Made by a program: the position numbers and the translations under genes | Notes under the pieces: model-generated | Databases searched by the model: none | What the model was told of the DNA's origin: nothing | The model's input: the letters and a program-made list of their open reading frames with translations, nothing else | In this document: piece after piece, positions 1-8,543 of the stretch | Numbering within the stretch: the stretch's first letter is position 1 | Layout of the letters: each line of letters opens with the position of its first letter | Assembly (NCBI RefSeq): GCF_001652585.1 | Contig: NZ_LWLG01000003.1 | Location: forward strand, 90,001-122,000 | Length of the DNA: 32,000 nt | Direction: 5' to 3' | DNA from: Thermosulfurimonas dismutans | GTDB taxonomy: Bacteria > Desulfobacterota > Thermodesulfobacteria > Thermodesulfobacteriales > Thermodesulfobacteriaceae

Positions 1-66
1 TAACTAAAAATGAGACAAAATAAGAGCTTTTGTTATTTTTTATTTCCTGAAGAAATTTTTCAAACA

Positions 67-735
67 TTATTGTTTGGTGATAATGCGTCCTTTGTCTAAA
101 TGTACAACTTTTCGATGGCGATTTTGATATAGACTTTCATCATGGGTAGCGAAAAGTATGGTTATGCCCTCCGCGTTCAGTTCTTCCATAATTTCTAAAA
201 TTTCACGACTTGCTTGAGGATCGAGGTTTCCGGTGGGTTCGTCTGCTAGGATGAGTTCCGGTTCCCTCACTACGGCCCTGGCAATAGCTACCCGTTGCTT
301 TTCGCCTCCGGACAGAGCCTTTATTTTCAAATTTTTTCGACCAACTAGTCCTAATCTCGAAAGCACGCTATCTATGCGTTTGCGGGCTTCTTTTTCCGAT
401 ATTCCTAAAACTTCTAAGCCGAGATAGACGTTCTCATAGACCGTTTTTTCTGAAAGGAGTTTGAAATCTTGGAAAACAAAACCCATTTTCCTTCGCAATT
501 TCGCAAGATCTTTGCGTTTGAGATTATGGTATTCCAGATCCATGAAGGATATCCTTCCAGAGGAGGGCCTTTCTAAACCGAAGATAAGGTTCAAGAGAGT
601 AGTCTTCCCAGCTCCGCTCGAGCCGGTAATGAAAACGAATTCTCCACGGGTGATTTTTAGAGAAACTTCGTCCAGAGCCTTAATATAAGGTGGATAAACT
701 TTAGAAACCTTCTCTAAGGTGATCAGGACATTCAT
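67..735 (-). CDS. ftsE: Cell-division ABC transporter ATP-binding protein FtsE
   Basis: 222-aa ORF with Walker [13 protein letters not shown] signature [14 protein letters not shown] and Walker [13 protein letters not shown]. Length and overall sequence resemble FtsE. No ftsX start is visible in the 66 nt downstream (left) of the stop. Confidence 0.8.
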   Translation of the reverse strand: MNVLITLEKVSKVYPPYIKALDEVSLKITRGEFVFITGSSGAGKTTLLNLIFGLERPSSGRISFMDLEYHNLKRKDLAKLRRKMGFVFQDFKLLSEKTVYENVYLGLEVLGISEKEARKRIDSVLSRLGLVGRKNLKIKALSGGEKQRVAIARAVVREPELILADEPTGNLDPQASREILEIMEELNAEGITILFATHDESLYQNRHRKVVHLDKGRIITKQ

Positions 736-805
736 TTTTGAGATTTTCTTTTGTCGAATTTTTGGCTATTATACTCGATAGTCTGAGGAAAAGAAGGGGG
801 GGATC
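736..805. promoter_or_regulatory. Divergent ftsE/pilT intergenic region with the pilT Shine-Dalgarno sequence
   Basis: 70-nt AT-rich gap between divergent genes. It has -10-like hexamers TATTAT (767-772) and TATACT (770-775) but no well-spaced -35. A strong SD, AAGGGGGGG (794-802), lies 3 nt before the ATG at 806. Confidence 0.3.
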
Positions 806-1897
806 ATGGCTAAAATCGACGCCTTCCTGAAACTGATGGTGGAGACCGGAGCCTCAGATCTTCATCTTTCGGCTGGTAATCCCCCCATTCTTAGGGTGCA
901 TGGAGATCTCCAAAGGGTTAAATACAAAGCCCTTGAAAATGAAGAACTTAAGTCCATGCTCTATGAAATCACTCCTGAAGAAAAGATCAAAGAGTTTGAG
1001 GAAAGCGGGGATGTGGATTTTGGTTTCGAGATTCCGGGACTAGCCCGTTTTAGGGTGAATTTCTTCCAGCAGCACCGAGGTGTAGGGGCAGTCTTCCGAT
1101 TGATTCCGAGTCAGGTTAGGACAGTGGAGGAACTGGGACTTCCTCCCATTTTGAACAAGTTGGCCCTCCTCCCCAAAGGTCTAGTTTTGGTAACCGGACC
1201 TACAGGTTCTGGAAAATCTACTACTTTGGCGGCTATGATAGACTATGCCAACCGTATGCGCAAAGATCATATTATTACCATTGAAGATCCTATCGAATTT
1301 GTGCACAAGCCCAAAAACTGTTTGGTCAACCAGAGAGAAGTGGGGGTGCACACCCGTTCTTTTGCTGCGGCTCTGAGGGCGGCCTTGCGTGAGGATCCAG
1401 ATATCATCCTGGTAGGTGAAATGCGGGATCTCGAAACCATTCAGCTTGCTCTAGAGGCCGCTCTTACCGGACATTTAGTAATGTCAACCTTGCATACCAT
1501 CTCCGCCTCCCAGACCGTGGACCGAATTATCGAGATCTTTCCCCATGACCAGCAACCACAAATTCGTTCCTCTCTGGCAGAGTCTCTTAGAGCTGTAATT
1601 TCACAGACGATGTTCAAACGCATAGATCGGCCTGGACGGGTGGTGGCCCTAGAGATCATGATTGCTACCCCGGCGGTGCGCAACCTCATCCGGGAAGGCA
1701 AGACCTATCAGATACCTTCCATTATCCAGACCGGCCGAAAATACGGTATGGTTTCTTTGGACGATGCTATTATGGAATATCTCCAAAAAGGCATCATTGC
1801 TCCGGAAGAAGCCTTAAACAAGGCCCTAGATAAGAGCAGATTCATTCCTTTTGTTAAAGAGGCTAAACTAGCCGACTTTACGGAGATCCCCGGATGA
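806..1897 (+). CDS. pilT: Type IV pilus retraction (twitching motility) ATPase PilT
   Basis: 363-aa ORF with Walker A GPTGSGKST and Walker B/Asp box IILVGEMRD. It carries the PilT-diagnostic AIRNLIRE-type motif as PAVRNLIREGK. Strong SD upstream. Confidence 0.9.
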   Translation: MAKIDAFLKLMVETGASDLHLSAGNPPILRVHGDLQRVKYKALENEELKSMLYEITPEEKIKEFEESGDVDFGFEIPGLARFRVNFFQQHRGVGAVFRLIPSQVRTVEELGLPPILNKLALLPKGLVLVTGPTGSGKSTTLAAMIDYANRMRKDHIITIEDPIEFVHKPKNCLVNQREVGVHTRSFAAALRAALREDPDIILVGEMRDLETIQLALEAALTGHLVMSTLHTISASQTVDRIIEIFPHDQQPQIRSSLAESLRAVISQTMFKRIDRPGRVVALEIMIATPAVRNLIREGKTYQIPSIIQTGRKYGMVSLDDAIMEYLQKGIIAPEEALNKALDKSRFIPFVKEAKLADFTEIPG

Positions 1898-3075
1898 TCG
1901 GAGAAATAGACATTAGTGAGTTAATAGCTGCTCTGTCTAATCATCGTGAAAGGATTACCGATATCCTTTTTATCGTTGGTCGCCCCTTGCAGGTGGCGGC
2001 TGATGGGAGATTACATGAAGTAAAATTGCCCGATTGGCCTATTGATAGGCTAACTCCTCTTCAAACCGAGACCATAGCCTTCAATCTTATGCGAAAAAAT
2101 CCCAAACTCTTTCAGGATCTGGTGCGAACCGGCTCTGCGGATTTTTCCTATCGTCTTCCGGATGGGACCCGCTTCAGGGTCAATGTCTATTCCCGTCAAC
2201 AAAGCTACAACATTGTGATGCGTAAACTTTCGGCCAAGGTACCTTCTATTGCTGAACTGGGGCTTCCGTCGGCCTTCTATCGTATTGCTCAAGAGAGAAA
2301 CGGTATCATTTTGGTTACTGGTGCTACCGGTCAGGGAAAGACCACCTCTCTGGCGGCTATTTTGAATGAGATAAACGAGAAAGAGGCCGTCCACATAATT
2401 ACTCTCGAGGATCCGGTGGAATACATCCACCTCCCAAAAAAAGCCACCTTCAGTCAACGGGAGCTCGGTACAGACTTTGATACCTTTGCGCATGGGTTAC
2501 GGGCGGCGTTAAGACAGGCCCCGCAGGTGATCCTGGTGGGAGAAATCCGCGACCGAGAGACCATGGAAATAGCTCTTATGGCTGCCGAGACTGGGCATCT
2601 GGTCTTCTCCACGCTCCATACCGTAGGGGCCGGAAATACCATTAATCGTATCCTGGGGTTTTTTACGATCGAAGAAGAACACCAGATTCGTTACAGGCTG
2701 GCCGATACTTTGCGTTGGATCGTTGGGCAAAAGTTGGTCCCTAAGGTAGGTGGAGGCCGAATAGCTGTTTTCGATATTCTTTATAACAATATTCGAGCCA
2801 AGGAAACTATTCTTAAGGGTGAAGAGGAAGGACGGACCTTTTATGACATTATGCGTCAAGGTAGTCCCTATCATATGCAAACCTTTGATCAACATCTTAT
2901 AGAACTATATCGAAAAGGCTTGATTACCGAAGAAACAGCCTTAGCTTACTGCGTGAGAAGAGATATCGTAGGGCGTGAGATAGATCGCATCAAGGCCTCT
3001 AGGGGTGAAAAGACCTCAGACATTGAAGGTTTGGAGCTTGACCTTGAGGGAGAAGGTCGGTGGCGGAGAAGATAG
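1894..3075 (+). CDS. Second PilT/PilU-family hexameric secretion ATPase (divergent paralog)
   Basis: 393-aa ORF with an ATGA overlap onto pilT. It has Walker A GATGQGKTT, ILVGEIRD and the His box STLHT. The AIRNLIRE motif is not conserved (NNIRAKETILKG). It has a charged C-terminal tail. Confidence 0.8.
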   Translation: MIGEIDISELIAALSNHRERITDILFIVGRPLQVAADGRLHEVKLPDWPIDRLTPLQTETIAFNLMRKNPKLFQDLVRTGSADFSYRLPDGTRFRVNVYSRQQSYNIVMRKLSAKVPSIAELGLPSAFYRIAQERNGIILVTGATGQGKTTSLAAILNEINEKEAVHIITLEDPVEYIHLPKKATFSQRELGTDFDTFAHGLRAALRQAPQVILVGEIRDRETMEIALMAAETGHLVFSTLHTVGAGNTINRILGFFTIEEEHQIRYRLADTLRWIVGQKLVPKVGGGRIAVFDILYNNIRAKETILKGEEEGRTFYDIMRQGSPYHMQTFDQHLIELYRKGLITEETALAYCVRRDIVGREIDRIKASRGEKTSDIEGLELDLEGEGRWRRR

Positions 3076-3698
3076 AGTTTGTCTGTGAGGGGTGCGGTCG
3101 GAAATATAGGCTAAGAGGTTCTCCAGAGGAACTCCGGGAAGACCTCCTTTTCTGTCCCGAGTGTGGGGGGAAGTTAACCCTTTACGGAGAACAAACTCTA
3201 GGATCATCTTCCTCCCAAGGGATCTCCCCAACTCCTCGGAAAGACTTTCTTGAAGATCTTCTTATTACCGGGCCGGTGGCTCTAATTTACTGGACACTGC
3301 CAGCTAGTAAGGATCGGGTAGAAGAGGTGCTCCGAAATGAAGGCTACGTGATTAAGGACTTTCAGGCTCAGGAAGACCTGAAGTACTGGCTCAGACTCTT
3401 TATCCCTGAAGTGGTGGTCTTTGCTACGGAAGATGAGGGGCGGGTTGCCGATTTTGAGGCCATGCTTTTGGATCTCCCCATGGAAGATTACCGGAGGATC
3501 TTTCGGATAAAGATTGCCTCCAGATACCGAACCCTCGAGCCCACCGAAGTCTTCTTGGCAGGGGTGCATCTGGTCTGTAACCCCCGAGACCTTGAGAAGT
3601 TTGAAGAGATTTACCACAAGGCTCGTGATTATTGGAAAGTACTTTACGCCCCATACTTTAAAGCCTATGAGAGTTTGGAGGAGGGAAGAATCAAATGA
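3060..3698 (+). CDS. Uncharacterised protein: N-terminal CXXC...CXXC zinc ribbon plus C-terminal alpha/beta (degenerate receiver-like) domain
   Basis: 212-aa ORF with a GTG start preceded by GGGAGAAGG. It overlaps the PilT-like gene by 16 nt and galU by 4 nt (ATGA). Cys pairs C9/C12 and C32/C35 (nt 3084-3164) resemble MJ0042-type zinc ribbons. A Ser-rich linker follows, then an alternating beta/alpha pattern (ALIYW, YVIKDF, EVVVFATED, FRIKIAS, LVCNP). I recognise no family. Confidence 0.6.
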   Translation: MAEKIEFVCEGCGRKYRLRGSPEELREDLLFCPECGGKLTLYGEQTLGSSSSQGISPTPRKDFLEDLLITGPVALIYWTLPASKDRVEEVLRNEGYVIKDFQAQEDLKYWLRLFIPEVVVFATEDEGRVADFEAMLLDLPMEDYRRIFRIKIASRYRTLEPTEVFLAGVHLVCNPRDLEKFEEIYHKARDYWKVLYAPYFKAYESLEEGRIK

Positions 3699-4558
3699 TT
3701 AAAAAGGCAGTTCTTCCAGTAGCTGGACTTGGGACTAGAATGCTTCCGGCCAGTAAGGCTATTCCCAAAGAGATGCTCACCATTTTAGATAAACCAGCCA
3801 TTCAGTATATCGTAGAAGAGGCTCAAAGCTCCGGGATAGAAGATTTTATTTTCGTGATTTCTAGGGGAAAAGAGGCCATCTTGGATCATTTCGATCTTTC
3901 TCCGGAACTTGAAATGGAGCTTGAGAACCGGGGAAAGAAGGCGTTGCTTGAAGAGATAAAAAAGGTTTCTGGATTGGTTAAGAATCTTTCGGCCGTAAGA
4001 CAAAAGAAGGCTTTGGGGCTGGGACATGCTATTTTGGTGGCTGCCCCCCTAGTGGGTAAGGAGCCCTTTGCGGTGCTCCTTGGAGATGATATCGTGGACT
4101 CGGAAAAACCTTGTCTCAAGCAACTCATAGAAGTAGCCGAGAGGATCAAAGCCCCGGTGATAGCGGTGGAACGGGTACCTAAAGAGCAGGTTTCGCTCTA
4201 CGGAATTATTTCCGGTGAAAAAGTGGAAGATGGTCTCTGGAGAATGACTGGAGTATTAGAAAAACCCCGTCCAGAAGAAGCGCCTTCGGATCTGGCCATC
4301 ATCGGCCGTTATATCTTTTTTCCCGAGATCTTTGAATATCTGGAGAAGACCCCTCCCGGAAACGGGGGCGAGATCCAGCTTACGGACGCTATCTCTAAGA
4401 TGATAACCGATGGCCACGAGATCTATGCCTTTGAATTTGAAGGCACCCGTTATGATGCCGGCAACAAGTTGGGCTTGGTAAAGGCCACCCTGAACTTTGC
4501 CCTGAAACACCCTCAGATAGGCCCTCATTTAAGAGAATATATCAAGAGTTTATTATAG
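3695..4558 (+). CDS. galU: UTP--glucose-1-phosphate uridylyltransferase
   Basis: 287-aa ORF. The N-terminal signature AVLPVAGLGTRMLPASKAIPKEML is typical of GalU, and the length is right. Confidence 0.9.
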   Translation: MIKKAVLPVAGLGTRMLPASKAIPKEMLTILDKPAIQYIVEEAQSSGIEDFIFVISRGKEAILDHFDLSPELEMELENRGKKALLEEIKKVSGLVKNLSAVRQKKALGLGHAILVAAPLVGKEPFAVLLGDDIVDSEKPCLKQLIEVAERIKAPVIAVERVPKEQVSLYGIISGEKVEDGLWRMTGVLEKPRPEEAPSDLAIIGRYIFFPEIFEYLEKTPPGNGGEIQLTDAISKMITDGHEIYAFEFEGTRYDAGNKLGLVKATLNFALKHPQIGPHLREYIKSLL

Positions 4559-4572
4559 CTCCTGTTTGAGTC

Positions 4573-6891
4573 GTGTATTTTTATGAAATTGTTCTGCCTC
4601 TGCCTTTGTACACACCTTTAATTTACGCCTCCTCTAAAGAAATTCCCTGCGGGGTTAGGGTGTTAGTCCCGGTAAGGGGGCGACGTTGTGTAGGGTTGGT
4701 GTTCAGGAGATGGCCAGAGGGAGAGTCCCCCGATTTTCAGGTCCGTGAGATCGAGGAGATAGTTGATGATGAACCCTTATTGCCCGCTGATCTCCTCGAA
4801 TTTTTGGCCTGGTGCTGGGAATACTATCTTCATCCCCCGGGGGAGGTGGTTAGAAGTGCCTTTCCGCCGGGTTTCTTTCGGGAAATCAAGAAAAAGTACG
4901 TCCTTACGGCCGAGGGGAAACGGCTTCTTTCCGAGGGTGCGCTTCCAGGTTGGGCCGAGCATCTCAAAAGGCCTCGCACCTTGAAAAACCTCATAGCCAG
5001 GGCTGGAAGAGATCTCAGTCGGGAGCTTGACGTGCTGGTGGAAAGGGGCCTGGTTAAAGAGACCGAGGACCTTTCAGGGCTTAAGCCCCCGTTTGAGCCT
5101 TGGCTGGAGTACCTCGCAGAGGAGGTTTCCTCCCCCATAGAGGAGTTTCTAAAAGAGAAAGGCCGCTGGCCTAAAAGGTTCCTTGAAGAAAGTTTTGGAA
5201 AAGAGCCTGTTAAGAAGCTCGTCTCTTCGGGCCGGGTCCGGCTGATTGAGCTTCCCCGGATGCGTAGGGGAGTAGTTCTTGATTCCGGAGAGCCTCCGGT
5301 CCCCAATCTGGAGCAAACGAAGGCCGTGGAGGCTATAAAAGAGGCCTTGGATAAAGGATTTGAGGTCTTTTTGCTTCATGGAATTACGGGGAGCGGAAAA
5401 ACCCTGGTCTATCTTTACGCCGCGGAGGCGGCTCTTCGCCGGGGAAAATCCGTTTTGATTCTGGTGCCTGAAATCGCCTTGACTCCTTATGTAGAGACCC
5501 ATTTTGTATCCAGATTCGGCACACAAGTGGCCATTCTCCACAGTGCTCTCCCACCCCGAGCCCGGGCTGCGGAATGGTTTCGGGTGGCCCGAGGGGAGGC
5601 TCGCGTGGTGGTGGGGACCCGTTCGGCCCTCTTTGCTCCTTTGAGGGATCTGGGGCTCATCGTAGTGGACGAGGAACACGAAAGCTCTTACAAGCAAATG
5701 GAGGGGTTGCGCTATCAGGCGAGGGATATGGCCCTTATGCGTGGAAAGCTTGCGGAGGCTTCGGTAGTGTTGGGATCCGCCACGCCTAGCGTTAAGAGCT
5801 ACTATTTGGCTAAAACCGGAAAGTACCGCCTACTAACCCTTACCCAAAGACCGAAGGGCAAAACTCTCCCGGAAATAGAGGTGGTAGGGCTCAAACGCCC
5901 CGGAGAACTTTTCACCGAAAGGCTTCTTTCAGCTATAAATGAAACCCTCTCCCAAGGTCAACAGGTTCTTCTCTTTTTGAATCGTAGGGGCTACGCCCCG
6001 ATAGTCTTTTGCAAGGATTGTGGGGAGCCTCTTATGTGTCCCAACTGTACTTTGAGTCTCACCTATTATCGTTCGCAAGGCCGACTTCTCTGCCATCACT
6101 GTGGATTTGAAAGGCCGGCTTTTCCGCTTTGTCCTCACTGTGAAGGAAAGGAGTTTCGGCTGGTGGGTTTCGGCACCGAAAGGGTGGAGGCCGAGATTAT
6201 GAGAATCTTTCCTTCATCTAGGGTGGCTCGCCTGGATCGGGAGACCGTGACTTCCGAAAGGAAACTTCTTGAGCTCATCCGAAGACTCAAGAGGGGAGAG
6301 ATAGACATTCTGGTGGGCACACAGATGGTAGCCCAGGGACACGATCTCCCGGGAGTGAGCTTGGTAGGGGTGCTCTGGGCTGAAGGGGGACTTCATTTTC
6401 CCGATTTCCGGGCTGCGGAGCGGACTTTCCAGCTATTGGTACAGGTGGCCGGTCGGGCCGGGAGGGGCCGGGTTCCTGGACGGGTCATCCTTCAGACCCG
6501 CATGCGGGATCATTATGCTATAAGTGCGGCTTTGAAACAGGACTATGAGGCTTTTTTTGAAGAGGATCTTAAAAGACGTAAGACCTTGCGTTTTCCGCCC
6601 TTTTCGCGTTTGGCGCTCTTGATCTTTTCGGCCCTTAAATCCGAGAAAGCCGAGTCTGCAGCCCATAAAGCCAGAGAATTCCTTTCAGCCTTTAAAAATA
6701 CTGAGGTTTTAGGGCCGGTGCCGGCACCGCTTTTCCGCCTTTCGGCCCGCTATCGCTGGCAGCTCCTTCTTAAAGCCGAGACTGTAGGAGGGCTCGATAG
6801 GGCTCTCAAGGCTTTCTGGCAGGCAAGGGATAGCCTTATACCCGCTGGAGTCAGGCTTACCCTTGATAGAGATCCCGAAGAACTGTTATAA
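4573..6891 (+). CDS. priA: Primosomal replication-restart helicase PriA (protein N')
   Basis: 772-aa ORF with a GTG start. Walker A is GITGSGKT and the DEAH-type box is VVDEEHE. The PriA-specific Cys-rich zinc insert is CKDCGEPLMCPNC...CHHCG...CPHCEG. The N-terminal MYFYEIVLPLPL resembles the PriA 3'-DNA-binding domain. Confidence 0.9.
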   Translation: MYFYEIVLPLPLYTPLIYASSKEIPCGVRVLVPVRGRRCVGLVFRRWPEGESPDFQVREIEEIVDDEPLLPADLLEFLAWCWEYYLHPPGEVVRSAFPPGFFREIKKKYVLTAEGKRLLSEGALPGWAEHLKRPRTLKNLIARAGRDLSRELDVLVERGLVKETEDLSGLKPPFEPWLEYLAEEVSSPIEEFLKEKGRWPKRFLEESFGKEPVKKLVSSGRVRLIELPRMRRGVVLDSGEPPVPNLEQTKAVEAIKEALDKGFEVFLLHGITGSGKTLVYLYAAEAALRRGKSVLILVPEIALTPYVETHFVSRFGTQVAILHSALPPRARAAEWFRVARGEARVVVGTRSALFAPLRDLGLIVVDEEHESSYKQMEGLRYQARDMALMRGKLAEASVVLGSATPSVKSYYLAKTGKYRLLTLTQRPKGKTLPEIEVVGLKRPGELFTERLLSAINETLSQGQQVLLFLNRRGYAPIVFCKDCGEPLMCPNCTLSLTYYRSQGRLLCHHCGFERPAFPLCPHCEGKEFRLVGFGTERVEAEIMRIFPSSRVARLDRETVTSERKLLELIRRLKRGEIDILVGTQMVAQGHDLPGVSLVGVLWAEGGLHFPDFRAAERTFQLLVQVAGRAGRGRVPGRVILQTRMRDHYAISAALKQDYEAFFEEDLKRRKTLRFPPFSRLALLIFSALKSEKAESAAHKAREFLSAFKNTEVLGPVPAPLFRLSARYRWQLLLKAETVGGLDRALKAFWQARDSLIPAGVRLTLDRDPEELL

Positions 6892-6900
6892 TTTTCTGCC

Positions 6901-8541
6901 ATGGCAACTCGTTTCAATCCCCAGAGGATAAACTGGGCGGCGAGGGAAAAATCTTCGCTTGCCAATTTTGCTCTCAAACCGGAAGAACTTGAGGCCTATT
7001 TGGACGAGTACGTAGTAGGACAGAGAGAGGCCAAGGGTATTCTTTCCACCAAGATCTGCACACATTTCCACCGGGTAAAGTACCTCCTCGAGAGGGGAGA
7101 GCGTTTCGACGAGGTGGGCTTTGTCAAGAACAACATTATCATCATTGGTCCTACTGGTGTGGGGAAGACCTTTATCGTAAAACTCATTGCCCGCAAGATC
7201 GGAGTGCCTTTTGTTAAGGGAGATGCCACTAAGTTCAGCGAGACCGGTTATGTTGGCGGGGACGTGGAAGACCTTATTCGAGATCTGGTCCAGGAGGCGG
7301 ATGGCAATTTGGAAAAGGCCCGTTTTGGGATCGTCTATCTGGATGAGGTGGACAAGATCGCTTCCAGCGGAAATGTGTTTGGTCCGGATGTTTCACGCAC
7401 CGGTGTACAGAGGGCCCTGTTGAAACCTCTTGAGGAGACCGAGGTCGAACTTCGTGTCCCTCATGATCCCATCAGTCAGATGGAGGCCATCGAATATTAT
7501 CGTCGTACTGGCCGTCGTAAACGGAATTCTATTAATACCCGTTATATCCTCTTTATTGCTAGCGGCGCCTTTAACGGTCTTGAGGAGATCATCCGAAAGC
7601 GACTTCGTAAACAGAAACTCGGTTTCCTTTCAGAACTTGAAGGCCGGGAAGAGGTCTCTATAAATTATCTGCGTTTTGTGACGCCGGAAGACCTTATAAC
7701 CTATGGGTTCGAGTCCGAATTCGTAGGGCGTTTCCCGGTGATAGCGGTTTTTGATCCTTTAGAGGAGAAAGACTTTTTCGAGATCTTAGCCAATCCCAAT
7801 AGTGTAATCGTGGTGAGCAAGAAGCGCGATTTTAAGGCCTATGGTATAGATTTGGCTTTTACGGATGAGGCCTTAAGGGAGTTAGCCCGAAGAGCAGCGC
7901 GAGAGAACACCGGGGCCAGGGCCCTTTCCCGAGTCCTTGAAAGGGTCCTCATTCCCTTTGAAAAAAGTCTTCCCAGCCTGGGAGTCTCATTTTTGGGGGT
8001 AAGCCGGGAGATAGTGCTTGAGCCTGAAAAAGTCCTTTCTGAGATGAAGCTATCCCCAGAAAATCCACGCTGGCGAGTCTGGTATGAGAAGGCCCTTAAG
8101 GATGAAGAAGGGCGCACGCTAACTTTCCTTGAGACCCGCAAAAAGAGCTTTTTTGAAAATTACAGGTTGCCCTTTACTCCGGCCAAACTTGAGCTGGCGC
8201 TGCTCCTGCACCGAAAGGAAGATCTGGATCTTCAACAGGCCTTGGAAGAACTTCTTATGTTATGGCGTCAGATTCGGAGTTTTGAGAAGAGTTTCGAGAG
8301 ACGTTCGAGGCTTAAGGTTTATTTTTCAGAGGGGGCCCGGGACCTTATCCTTTCCGAGGTCATTAAAAAAGACGAAGGGGTGTACGCCTTCTGTGATCGG
8401 ATATTGAGCGTACTTGAATACGGGCTTAAGCTTGTAGGAGACAAAACCGGAAAGACGATTTTTGAACTTCCGGAGGAGGCGGTGAGGTCTCCCGAAGAAT
8501 ACCTCAATCAACTGGTGCGTTCCTCTTACCATCTGGGTTAG
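6901..8541 (+). CDS. ClpX-family AAA+ unfoldase paralog lacking the N-terminal zinc-binding domain, with an extra C-terminal helical domain of about 160 aa
   Basis: 546-aa ORF that is collinear with the ClpX AAA+ module. Matching elements are YVVGQ, Walker A GPTGVGKT, pore-1 loop GYVG (7246-7257), Walker B IVYLDEVDK, an LGF tripeptide at the IGF-loop position (7618-7626) and sensor-2 GARAL. There is no C4 zinc finger at the N-terminus. Residues from about 381 to 546 (nt about 8041-8541) have no ClpX counterpart. Confidence 0.8.
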   Translation: MATRFNPQRINWAAREKSSLANFALKPEELEAYLDEYVVGQREAKGILSTKICTHFHRVKYLLERGERFDEVGFVKNNIIIIGPTGVGKTFIVKLIARKIGVPFVKGDATKFSETGYVGGDVEDLIRDLVQEADGNLEKARFGIVYLDEVDKIASSGNVFGPDVSRTGVQRALLKPLEETEVELRVPHDPISQMEAIEYYRRTGRRKRNSINTRYILFIASGAFNGLEEIIRKRLRKQKLGFLSELEGREEVSINYLRFVTPEDLITYGFESEFVGRFPVIAVFDPLEEKDFFEILANPNSVIVVSKKRDFKAYGIDLAFTDEALRELARRAARENTGARALSRVLERVLIPFEKSLPSLGVSFLGVSREIVLEPEKVLSEMKLSPENPRWRVWYEKALKDEEGRTLTFLETRKKSFFENYRLPFTPAKLELALLLHRKEDLDLQQALEELLMLWRQIRSFEKSFERRSRLKVYFSEGARDLILSEVIKKDEGVYAFCDRILSVLEYGLKLVGDKTGKTIFELPEEAVRSPEEYLNQLVRSSYHLG

Positions 8542-8543
8542 TC

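Noticed and set aside
40-66. A hairpin, ATTTC-ctgaa-GAAAT, followed by TTTTT at the left edge
   Set aside because: The stem is only 5 bp and almost all AT, which is implausibly weak, especially for a thermophile. The T-run is on the wrong strand to terminate ftsE.
3282-3654. Minus-strand ORFs (111 aa and 76 aa) opposite the Zn-ribbon/receiver-like gene. They raise the question of whether the plus-strand hypothetical is real
   Set aside because: The plus-strand ORF is longer. It has an SD, is start/stop-coupled to both neighbours, and contains a paired CXXC zinc-ribbon motif. The antisense products are low-complexity.
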